From assembly GCA_903839515.1 (NCBI GenBank), contig CAIMCP010000072.1:1-44690 (forward strand): 44,690 nucleotides of DNA. The letters are read 5' to 3'. The notes below the pieces were generated by a model. The model saw nothing but the letters and a program-made list of their open reading frames with translations, had not been told where the DNA came from and searched no databases. This DNA is from an uncultured Candidatus Saccharibacteria bacterium. GTDB lineage: Bacteria; Patescibacteriota; Saccharimonadia; Saccharimonadales; UBA4665. The translations under genes were made by a program, and so were the position numbers. Of the stretch, positions 1 through 8,570 are shown piece by piece (positions within the stretch are counted from its first letter, which is position 1; every line of letters begins with the position of its first letter).

Positions 1-2027
1 CCAACATATCCACCAATACTCATGCTGTAATTAGCACTTTCCACAGGTGTTACGCTTTTATCTGACAGGGTTGCTACAATCATAGCAACCGATGTTGCTC
101 CACAACCATTTGCACAAATTGTGCCCTTACCTGAAGGACTACTGTCGTAATGGGCGTTTGCCCATTTAGGATCACACTGATCGTAGAAGACAAAGTTTGC
201 TACCCCTGATCCTCCGCAACCACTAGAAGAAGCTGCTGTTTGACTACTTGGTACACCCCCAGCTTTCGTAAGCCAGCTAGCAAAATCAGGAGCCGATGAA
301 TAATCTATTTTAACACCACTAATTAGGCCTTTCTTATCAAGCGTTCCTGTTTTTACTGCACTATCTATCTGATTTCCATAGGACGCATAAGTCAATCCAC
401 CATTACCCGCTGGAGCTACATTTAACGAGGGATCGCTTTTATTTGGAAATGCTTTAGTAGCGGAAGGTTGGTACCAATTTATTGCCATCCAAAAAGGATC
501 GTTATTAAATTGTTTAGCCACAGGTATATTGGCGAGATAGGCGACCGCATCCTGAATACTTTCGGGTGCTAGATTTGCGGTAGCGTATTGCTGGGCTGGA
601 GGATAGAACTTTTTAGCGTAACCTTGCCAGGTTGCTGGAATGAATTGGTATTTACCGTAAGCCCCGTTACCACTATTGGCCGTTGGACTACCACCGCTTT
701 CATGCAAGGCTATAGCTTGCAAGAAAGCGTCTAATCCTCCGGCACTCGTTGGAGTACAAGCTGAACTACACGAAGCGTCGCTTCCACCAGGACTTACGCT
801 GGCAGTTTGAACCCCCGCAGGAGCATTAAGGAGCAAATCGTGCATTGCTTGGCCTGCTGTTGTTGTACTATCTGTGCCACTAATAAATGGGGCATCTGTC
901 GAAGGTTTAGCGAAACCTATCTCAAGCCAACCCGCAGGAGCAGCAGAACCATTTTCGTTAGGTGCTTTGTTAGTGTAAGCGATTAATTGGCCTGCTATAA
1001 CATGCTGATTAACAACTGACGGTATAACATGAACGTGTCCATAGTAAATCCAATCCGATGGACCACCGATAGATGTATCTAATTTTTCAACAGGATAATC
1101 GTTTCCGAATCCACCAGGGTCGGGACTTAATTGTTTTATTGTTCCAGGCGCTATTGCATATACACCCCCACCAGGAAATGTTTGTATATCCCAACCCTCA
1201 TCAACTCTCTGGTATTGCGTTGGTGTTTTTGTAGAAAAAGGCCAAACTAATCCTCCCGCAGTAGTTGTTGTGGTAGCTACTGTGCTTGGTGCAGCTGAAC
1301 CTGCAGGTACATTAGAGGCCATTGCCGATATATCGGCAGTCACGGCTGCAGAATAACCATTTGGGTCATTGCCATCTGATGCTGGAGCATAACCTCCAGC
1401 AGATAAAACAGTGAAAATACTTGCACCAGAATCTATATATTTACCAAATTGTGCCCTAAGATATGAAGCTTGATCCCCACCTCCGGCAATATTTTGGTTT
1501 TCAGCAGCAGTATAATCTACACTAGCTTTAATTGAAGACCAATAATACCACAAGTGACTTCCTTGAAAATTAGGCTGTGATGAAGTTGCTGTTCTTCCAA
1601 ATGAGTTATTAGCATGTTGAACATTGAAATCTGAAGGACTTGCCATACTTGATTCATGGTGGGCGAAAGCAACTATTAAAAATGGACTCACATTTGAATG
1701 CTGGGCATCTGCAACAATTACCGATCCAAGCCCAGCCATTTTGCTGGCAGGATTTGTCTTGGTAATGAAACTATCTATTGATGCAGCCATTGCAGTTGGG
1801 TCAAGGTTTGGAAAAGATAGTCCTGTTGGAGTTCCTACTCCTGCAACAACCGGAGTAGTTGATGATTCGCTAGTATTACATTTTGCACCAACCCAGTCAG
1901 TATAGTTGTTAAGAGCATTTAAATCTGACCGCGACATAGGTTCAGCGGAAACGGCACTAGCCATTAATATATTGAAAACCAACATGAGGCTTATAAAACT
2001 GAGTAAATACCTTTTTATTTTATTCAA
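1..2027 (-). CDS. Secreted multi-domain peptidoglycan hydrolase (VirB1/PrgK/CwlT functional class); C-terminus lies beyond the window edge
   Basis: This ORF is absent from the ORF track because it runs off the window. I translated it by hand from TTG at 2027, which overlaps the TGA of the upstream gene; GGAGG lies 6 nt upstream. There is no in-frame stop over 675 codons. The N-terminus MNKIKRYLLSFISLMLVFNILMASAVSA looks like a signal peptide. Four modules follow: FLIVAFAHHESSMAS..NNSFGR (glucosaminidase/FlgJ-like); WPF..DEGWDIQ..YYGHVHV..GQLIAYT (LytM/M23-like, first His not conserved); ALHESGGSPTANSGNGAYGKYQFIPATW (lysozyme-like transglycosylase); QCDPKWA..GTICANGCGATSVAMIV (C39/CHAP-like Cys peptidase). 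Confidence 0.8.
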   Translation of the reverse strand, partial: MNKIKRYLLSFISLMLVFNILMASAVSAEPMSRSDLNALNNYTDWVGAKCNTSESSTTPVVAGVGTPTGLSFPNLDPTAMAASIDSFITKTNPASKMAGLGSVIVADAQHSNVSPFLIVAFAHHESSMASPSDFNVQHANNSFGRTATSSQPNFQGSHLWYYWSSIKASVDYTAAENQNIAGGGDQASYLRAQFGKYIDSGASIFTVLSAGGYAPASDGNDPNGYSAAVTADISAMASNVPAGSAAPSTVATTTTTAGGLVWPFSTKTPTQYQRVDEGWDIQTFPGGGVYAIAPGTIKQLSPDPGGFGNDYPVEKLDTSIGGPSDWIYYGHVHVIPSVVNQHVIAGQLIAYTNKAPNENGSAAPAGWLEIGFAKPSTDAPFISGTDSTTTAGQAMHDLLLNAPAGVQTASVSPGGSDASCSSACTPTSAGGLDAFLQAIALHESGGSPTANSGNGAYGKYQFIPATWQGYAKKFYPPAQQYATANLAPESIQDAVAYLANIPVAKQFNNDPFWMAINWYQPSATKAFPNKSDPSLNVAPAGNGGLTYASYGNQIDSAVKTGTLDKKGLISGVKIDYSSAPDFASWLTKAGGVPSSQTAASSSGCGGSGVANFVFYDQCDPKWANAHYDSSPSGKGTICANGCGATSVAMIVATLSDKSVTPVESANYSMSIGGYV

Positions 2028-4735
2028 TTTCCACCTCCAAGATTTTGTTGCTGAGAGTCGGTTAATAAGCTAGTGTCATATACTGCTCCGGCAGCTCCAG
2101 TGGTAGATTTAATTAATAAACATGCATTTACTGAGTTATTAACTCCCTGCTGAGTATTCGGATCAATAGAATTTGTTGCTGCGTCATTCCAAGAATTATC
2201 TTTCCTATATGCTTGGGCTGCGTTATCTGAACAATTGTCATCCCAATATTGCTGAGGATCATCTGGTATTGATCCGTCTGGATAACCGTACTGTGTAATA
2301 CCAAATGGGTCACCCTGGAAACTAGGAGCCGCGAAGGCTTTTCTTGGGTTAATTATTGAAGAGAAGGAACTAGATAATTTATTAAAAGGATTGCTAATAA
2401 AACTAGATATTGTATCTTGAACAGTTGCTCCAAAACTATTAAAAGGTATACTCATAGAAATTGAAGAAACTAAAGAGAACCTACTGTCTGTGTTAAATAT
2501 TTTAGCCATAAATGATTGTTGGTTGAAATCTGACAACTCCTGATTGTATTCGTCATTCATTATTTTAGCAGTTTGTTGAGTGGTTAGGGCTTGACCTCCA
2601 AGCGTTGAGTGCGCATTATCGTTACCGGCAACATCAGCACCGGCGGCTATACTATTAAATGTTCTGCCACCACTCATATTTAGTCCTACTGTCTGAGGTA
2701 TTAGATAATTTACTACCGCCTCAACTATAGGGTTTATGGCTTTGCTTATTAGGCCTTTAGTTTGACAATAAAGAGGTAATATTGGCCCAAACGCGAATTG
2801 TAGCCCAGTAGGTAGGCTGCAGGCAGTATCCGCGACGCCAGTTAGCTTATTAGCAAAAAAACTTATTATGTCTTGAGCGCCACTAATTACCGCACCGATT
2901 GAGTTGGTCCAAATATCTGCAATAGCCTTAATAGCAGCTCCTGCGCCCGTTTTGAACCATTCAGATATTGCGTTTGCGATACCGTTACCTGCAGCAAAAT
3001 TCTCCTCATTACAGACTAATTGTCCGCTTGGAACAGGCTTACCATCATTACATATATACTTAGATGTTTTGTCTGTAGTTGACGTTGAAGCTGCAAAAAT
3101 TTTAGGAGATAATAGCGCGTCTGCAATGGTTGGAGATACAGTTGCTGTTTTTGGTGCAGGACTACCACCCAATAAGTTTGAATAAAGAGGGCTTTGTTCT
3201 GCTCCAGCCGTACCACCAATTAATGAATTCGTGGTATCGTCAACCTGACTTTTTGAAGCTGGGCCTAATGCACTGGTAAAACTCCCAACTTCAGCAGCAG
3301 TAACATGACCTGTGTGTATTTCGCTAGCTAAGGAACTATACATTCCCCAGGTTGCAACGGCCGAAGCAGAGTTAATAATATAGCCCAGTGCCCTAACTTT
3401 TGGTCCTGCGTGAGCTGCAAATTGAACAATTTCAGCAACCAAATTTATTTGCCCTACGAGCGGAACAGCTTTTCCTGCGGCTTCACCAGCTCCCTTACCT
3501 GCAAGCTCTGTAACAATTCTCTTAACTAAGTCCTTTGTAAAACCACCCTCGCTGTTAATTCTTTCAAGCTCTTTAGATAAATCTTCGATTGAGGTAAAAC
3601 CTAGTTTCGACAAAAGAGAGTCTAAAACCTTAGTGTTATCCTTTTCCAGTTTTGAACTAGCTCTACCGTTTTCCCCATCAGTATTCGATGGATTACTAGG
3701 ATCGTCAGGAGTTGTTGTTTCTGGCTTTGAAGGGTCACACTTTGGATCTATTAGACAAGTAACAGCCCCGCCCATAATAGAGGACCTTGGCGTTATAATT
3801 CTATTTACAAGAAACAATTTTGCGGCCACTTTCTGATCACTTATATTTTTAAAAAGAGGATCACTTATTTTGCAGAAAAATAAACACCTTCTGACGCCGT
3901 ATTTCTTTTCTAGTAACCTACCAACTTGGAATCTAGTATAAACTTTTTTGAAACCAGTTTCGTTAGCAGTCGCATCCCTAACAGCTTTTCTAACTCCGGC
4001 ATTATCAGAGCCTACAAAAATACTGTCAAAATAAATCCCTTCAGGCCCTAAATTTCTAATTGAATTACCAGGTGTTTTTAGTTGTAATTCACCACCACCA
4101 CTTATTTTAAATTCAACTCCGTATTTAGTAGCCAGCTTATTTTCTAATTTGTTATCCTTCCAGGTGTTAAATAATTTACTAACGGGTCCACCTTTTGTAT
4201 TTGCTTTTGCAGTACAGTTTTTATCAATAGTATTTCCACAATGTCCCTGATAGCCTGGAATAACTTGATCTTGGATATATTTTTTCAACAAATTATCTGT
4301 TTCTTTTTGAAGTGCTTGGTTGCCAGAAGCATAAAAATGACTCTTCAGGTTTTGGATAATGTGCTCAATCTTTAAAGGTATTAGCATTAAAAACATAGAA
4401 ACAACAAGAGCTGCAAGGCCACCAGCGGCACCACCACCAATAGCTATATTTTTTCTATTTTTTTTAACCGCACCAAACATTTTCTTGCCCATTATAGAGG
4501 CCCCGCCAGCAATAGAACTAGCCGCCGCTGGATTTGTGGTTTCGCTCTTCGAACCTGTACCAGAAACTAATCCACCAGCGGCACCACCAGTAAGCTTCTC
4601 TTTGTCTTCAAGACTTTTCGGACTAGATGAAGTCGGCTTAGTGGTATTAGATCCACTTTCCATAGCTTGAAGATTTGGTCGAGTAACCGGTGTTTGATCT
4701 TCTTTGTCGTATACACCGTTTGATTGACTTTCCAT
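2024..4735 (-). CDS. 903-aa membrane-anchored protein of the T4SS operon, function unknown
   Basis: Long ORF in the operon, with a 4-nt overlap to the hydrolase gene and a 7-nt gap after virB4. The first ~100 aa are Ser/Gly/Thr-rich and look disordered. A single TM follows (IAIGGGAAGGLAALVVSMFLMLIPL), then ~770 aa of Cys-containing, presumably extracytoplasmic sequence. I recognise no family motif. Confidence 0.75.
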   Translation of the reverse strand: MESQSNGVYDKEDQTPVTRPNLQAMESGSNTTKPTSSSPKSLEDKEKLTGGAAGGLVSGTGSKSETTNPAAASSIAGGASIMGKKMFGAVKKNRKNIAIGGGAAGGLAALVVSMFLMLIPLKIEHIIQNLKSHFYASGNQALQKETDNLLKKYIQDQVIPGYQGHCGNTIDKNCTAKANTKGGPVSKLFNTWKDNKLENKLATKYGVEFKISGGGELQLKTPGNSIRNLGPEGIYFDSIFVGSDNAGVRKAVRDATANETGFKKVYTRFQVGRLLEKKYGVRRCLFFCKISDPLFKNISDQKVAAKLFLVNRIITPRSSIMGGAVTCLIDPKCDPSKPETTTPDDPSNPSNTDGENGRASSKLEKDNTKVLDSLLSKLGFTSIEDLSKELERINSEGGFTKDLVKRIVTELAGKGAGEAAGKAVPLVGQINLVAEIVQFAAHAGPKVRALGYIINSASAVATWGMYSSLASEIHTGHVTAAEVGSFTSALGPASKSQVDDTTNSLIGGTAGAEQSPLYSNLLGGSPAPKTATVSPTIADALLSPKIFAASTSTTDKTSKYICNDGKPVPSGQLVCNEENFAAGNGIANAISEWFKTGAGAAIKAIADIWTNSIGAVISGAQDIISFFANKLTGVADTACSLPTGLQFAFGPILPLYCQTKGLISKAINPIVEAVVNYLIPQTVGLNMSGGRTFNSIAAGADVAGNDNAHSTLGGQALTTQQTAKIMNDEYNQELSDFNQQSFMAKIFNTDSRFSLVSSISMSIPFNSFGATVQDTISSFISNPFNKLSSSFSSIINPRKAFAAPSFQGDPFGITQYGYPDGSIPDDPQQYWDDNCSDNAAQAYRKDNSWNDAATNSIDPNTQQGVNNSVNACLLIKSTTGAAGAVYDTSLLTDSQQQNLGGGN

Positions 4736-4742
4736 ATTTACC

Positions 4743-6647
4743 CTAATTAATTGAGTTAGTTGATCCTGGAGCTAAAGTATTTGTAAGGTCTATGGTTCCC
4801 TCTTGGTATCCGCCAGCCGGCTGATTAGGATTAGTATTAACTAGATTCATCTCGGTTTGAGAGGCAACTACCTGAATATGTACGTGATTGGGCCCCGCAA
4901 AGAATAAGCCTTGTCCAACTGGGAATTGGCTTAGTCTTTTCTTCTCTTCCTCGGTTAATTTAAATACATCGGCAAGCACATCTACCGACGATGGAGACTG
5001 TTTGAAAAGAAGCTGCATAGAAGCATTGGCAACAATTGCCCGCCCCATTCGACTACCCATAAAGTCTTCGACGTCTTGGCTAATTGTAGTAATGCCAAGA
5101 TTATATTTTCTAGCCCTTTTAGCAAGAGAGAAAATAAAGTTAGCTGAATCTTCGTATTTCATGAGTTGCCAAGCTTCATCAATTATTAGCAGACGCTTCT
5201 TCTTATCCGACTTGGTTCTATTCCATATGTAGTTTAGGACAATGTACATAGCAACTGGTCTGAGTTCATCTTCAAGGTCTCTTACGTTAAAGACTACAAA
5301 TGGATTATCTATACTTATATTGCTTTGTTGAGAAAAAATACCTGCGAATGTACCAGTTGTGTATTTACGAATTCTTTGTGCAAGCTGAGGACCTGATCCG
5401 CCCATATGCAGTAACGTGTCATATAGATCAGCAATGGTTGGTGGAATTGTATTCTGGGTAAGTGGATCATTGGTTATGCCAGCCTTTGCATAAGTTTCAA
5501 TTAGGGCTGTATCTAAGTCAGACTCTTCAATTGGATTAAGCGCTGGAGAGACTGAATTATTGCCTCCTACGAGCTGTGCCTGAGCCCCACCCATCATAAG
5601 TCTAAGTAATCCGTGAAGCATGATTAAGTTACTTCTAAGTGCGTTATCTGCCTCCTCAGTGTCAATAACTTTAGGTAGATCAAATGGGTTAATTCTAGTA
5701 CTTGAGCTAAGGCTTAGTCTGACATATGCGCCGGCAACTGAGTCTGCAAGTTTTTGGTATTCGTTTTCAGGGTCAATTATAATAACTTCTGTACCAAACA
5801 TCATACTTCTAAGAGCTTCAAGTTTAACTGCAAAGGACTTTCCGGCTCCAGATTTAGCAAAGACAACCGAATTACCATTTTCTAGACTAAATCTGTCGAA
5901 TATAACAAGCCCAGAGTTATGCATATTAATTCCATAAAGGATTCCATTGTCTTGGCTTAAATTGGCACTAGTAAATGGAAAACTCGTAGATAGTGCACCT
6001 GTATTCATGTTACGTCTAATTTGCATTTCATCCACAAATTGAGGAACTACAGTATTAAGACCTTGTTCTTGTTGTGATGTTCCAGGCTTTGAATAAATTA
6101 GACCTTGTCCAAGCATTGTTTCAACCTTATGTGAAACAAACTCTAGCTCATCCATATCATTTGCATAAACATTGAAATAAAGTCCAAACCTAAAGAATCT
6201 TTCTTCTCCAACTTGAAGTTTGTCTCGCATTTCTTCGGCGTCCTGAATGGCTGCTTGTTTACCCGGATCTCTAACCTTGCCTTTTTCGGCATCAATTTGA
6301 ATTCCGGCTTCGAGTTGAGTCACCTTTTTTCTAAGATTCTGCATAACTATTTGGCTGGCAACAGGATAGATATAAATACTAATATCTATTACTTCATCAA
6401 TGTTAACTAGGCCGCTCAACCAGCCAGTATTAATTTGTCTTGGGTATCCATAAACATAGTAGCTTCTAGCAAGCCTTGTACCGATTCGGAAATAGTTACT
6501 TTGAAGCTCAATTGAACTTGGGGCAATGAAATCACGAAGGGCTGTAATGCCTTTTTGGAAAGCCATCATCACTTCTTGCTGTTCTTGTCGTTTTTGGTTT
6601 TCGGCTAATACCAGTGGATCAACTTTTTTATTCCCAAAAGCCATCAC
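4743..6647 (-). CDS. virB4: VirB4/TrsE-type T4SS ATPase
   Basis: Walker A is VVFAKSGAGKSFAVK and Walker B is KKRLLIIDEAWQLM, followed by ITTISQDVEDF. The N-terminal segment IAPSSIELQSNYFRIGTRLARSYYVYGYPRQINTGWLSGL..IDISIYIYP is typical of monoderm VirB4 proteins. Confidence 0.9.
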   Translation of the reverse strand: MMAFGNKKVDPLVLAENQKRQEQQEVMMAFQKGITALRDFIAPSSIELQSNYFRIGTRLARSYYVYGYPRQINTGWLSGLVNIDEVIDISIYIYPVASQIVMQNLRKKVTQLEAGIQIDAEKGKVRDPGKQAAIQDAEEMRDKLQVGEERFFRFGLYFNVYANDMDELEFVSHKVETMLGQGLIYSKPGTSQQEQGLNTVVPQFVDEMQIRRNMNTGALSTSFPFTSANLSQDNGILYGINMHNSGLVIFDRFSLENGNSVVFAKSGAGKSFAVKLEALRSMMFGTEVIIIDPENEYQKLADSVAGAYVRLSLSSSTRINPFDLPKVIDTEEADNALRSNLIMLHGLLRLMMGGAQAQLVGGNNSVSPALNPIEESDLDTALIETYAKAGITNDPLTQNTIPPTIADLYDTLLHMGGSGPQLAQRIRKYTTGTFAGIFSQQSNISIDNPFVVFNVRDLEDELRPVAMYIVLNYIWNRTKSDKKKRLLIIDEAWQLMKYEDSANFIFSLAKRARKYNLGITTISQDVEDFMGSRMGRAIVANASMQLLFKQSPSSVDVLADVFKLTEEEKKRLSQFPVGQGLFFAGPNHVHIQVVASQTEMNLVNTNPNQPAGGYQEGTIDLTNTLAPGSTNSIN

Positions 6648-7468
6648 ACACCTCCTTGGATGTTTGGTTTAGGCGCTACGCCACTACCCTTTTCAATTAC
6701 GTCGGCAGTTAAGCTATCAATTGGAAGAAGTGGTTGAGCAACGGCAGTATCGGGGTTGTAAACGTTATAGTAAAGCTCTATTAGCTCCTGTGTGTCTAGT
6801 GGAAGACCTTTGACTCCACACTGCTGAAGTCCTTGAATTGTTGCCTGGACTCTGTTTCGTAGTTCATTTTTAGCAGCCTCGAGACTAGCCTCGTCAACTA
6901 CTACATGTTTTTCTTTGTTGCCAAATAATTCCGAAAAGCCTGTTAGGAAATTTCGGCTTCCTGAGGTAATATTTTTCTTTATCTCAGGGCCTGGAAAGAA
7001 AGGCACCACTACATAGAAGTCCTTATCCATAATATTGGTCTGGCTACTTATTTGATCTATGAAGCCAATATAGTCATCCATAAGCATAGACAAAAGCATA
7101 TTATCTTGCTGGTGTTTTAAATTGTCTAACTTTTCTATGTAGCTCGACAAGTTAACCTGAACTGAATGAATAAAGATTTGGACTGGAAAATACAAGGAAT
7201 TTAAAAACCCCTGATAGCTAAACTCGACAGCTTCCTGTTCTCTTTGGCTCATAAGGTCAAAATTAATTGCCTTACACATAATTACGGCCCTATATGAGGC
7301 ATCGCCCATGATAGCAATACCATCTCTTATTTCGGCGATTTTAAGCAAGTTCTGTGTACTATTGATATTAGACTTAGCTTTTCCAGCTGTCTGTGTTGAG
7401 ACTGTAGGAGCACCGGGTGCCTGGACTGGATTTGCGCCTGCTTGATTTGGATAAGAAGAAGGATTCAT
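6644..7468 (-). CDS. 274-aa T4SS operon protein resembling the extreme N-terminal module of monoderm VirB4 ATPases
   Basis: AAGGGGTGG SD-like sequence upstream; the stop overlaps the virB4 start (ATGA). The segment IAEIRDGIAIMGDASYRAVIMCKAINFDLMSQREQEAVEFSYQGFLNSLYFPVQIFI resembles, from memory, the first ~100 aa of long Tn916/ICEBs1-type VirB4 proteins. There is no TM segment. The N-terminal ~45 aa are low complexity. Confidence 0.6.
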   Translation of the reverse strand: MNPSSYPNQAGANPVQAPGAPTVSTQTAGKAKSNINSTQNLLKIAEIRDGIAIMGDASYRAVIMCKAINFDLMSQREQEAVEFSYQGFLNSLYFPVQIFIHSVQVNLSSYIEKLDNLKHQQDNMLLSMLMDDYIGFIDQISSQTNIMDKDFYVVVPFFPGPEIKKNITSGSRNFLTGFSELFGNKEKHVVVDEASLEAAKNELRNRVQATIQGLQQCGVKGLPLDTQELIELYYNVYNPDTAVAQPLLPIDSLTADVIEKGSGVAPKPNIQGGV

Positions 7469-7517
7469 TTATTTCTTTGCCACCCCTTAGCGGTAATAAT
7501 TATTATTTCTAACTAAC

Positions 7518-8549
7518 TTAGTGAAGGTTAATAACAACCTCATCATCTAACCCAGACTGATCTTTTTTATTAGCTTCATGCGCAATCGTAGAAACATAAA
7601 GATCGTTGCTGCTAGCCATATTAATTATAGCAGGGTCAGGAGTGTGTGTCATCTTATTAACAGGAGCGCTTTGGGTCATTTTTTCTTCCTTTTTTTGCTC
7701 AGATAAAGGTCGTACAATTCTTAAATTACTGTTGTACTCTTTTTGAATTCTTTCGTGCTTTGCGGCCAATTCCTCACTAATAGCTTTTTCTTGTTCAGGA
7801 GTATATGTATTTTCCATATAACTCGGTCTAACTAGGGGCGTATTAGTAACACTAGGGCCCGAGAACCAGCTAGTATTATGGTTGCCAGTATTCTTATTTT
7901 TTAACGATTCTTCAATTTCTTTTCTATGTTTTTCGGTAGCTTCGCGGATTTTCTCGGTGAACTTGAACGCTGTTGCATTATTCTTTTCGTCTAAGACATC
8001 GTCATTAGCTTTAATTTCAGCCGCAGGAGCCTCTATTTCCATGCTACCGGGCGCCAATCTGTCCTCACTTACTATAACCGGCTGTGCGACTGCCTCGGGA
8101 GCCGTAAATAGGTTTACATTGACATTTTTAGTTGCCCATCCTCTAGTGTCTATTGTTTCAGCAAGAACTTTTAGTCTTCCCTGTACTTCTTCTTGAGTAA
8201 GCCCATTAGTATATTGAATTTGAACTTTTTTTGGAGCCGTTATTGTCACTAGATTTTTTATTCCACTTTGATTCCATATTCTTTTATGGGGGTAGATAAA
8301 ATACTTCAGTTTAGCTAGCGCCCAAATTTCAGTAGGTTGATCCCTACCCCATGGAACAGCAAAGAATACAGAAAACATAACGATTGGCAAGAAAACTACT
8401 AGTAGAAAGGCGGCATGTTTGGCATATACAATATAGCTTAAATAAAGAAACGCTACGGCTATACATCCAAAGATAAACTGAACCGCAGACAACGGCCCTA
8501 TTAGCTTATCTTCTGCTTCTATATCTTGGATTACTTTATATGTTGCCAT
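7518..8549 (-). CDS. PrgI/VirB3-like membrane protein with a long hydrophilic C-terminal extension
   Basis: The N-terminus MATYKVIQDIEAEDKLIGPLSAVQFIFG followed by two TM helices matches the PrgI-family pattern. I took ATG at 8549 as the start (AAGGA upstream) rather than the track's TTG at 8552. About 240 aa of charged, non-membrane tail follows. Confidence 0.7.
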   Translation of the reverse strand: MATYKVIQDIEAEDKLIGPLSAVQFIFGCIAVAFLYLSYIVYAKHAAFLLVVFLPIVMFSVFFAVPWGRDQPTEIWALAKLKYFIYPHKRIWNQSGIKNLVTITAPKKVQIQYTNGLTQEEVQGRLKVLAETIDTRGWATKNVNVNLFTAPEAVAQPVIVSEDRLAPGSMEIEAPAAEIKANDDVLDEKNNATAFKFTEKIREATEKHRKEIEESLKNKNTGNHNTSWFSGPSVTNTPLVRPSYMENTYTPEQEKAISEELAAKHERIQKEYNSNLRIVRPLSEQKKEEKMTQSAPVNKMTHTPDPAIINMASSNDLYVSTIAHEANKKDQSGLDDEVVINLH

Positions 8550-8570
8550 CAATCATTGTCCTTAGATTAT

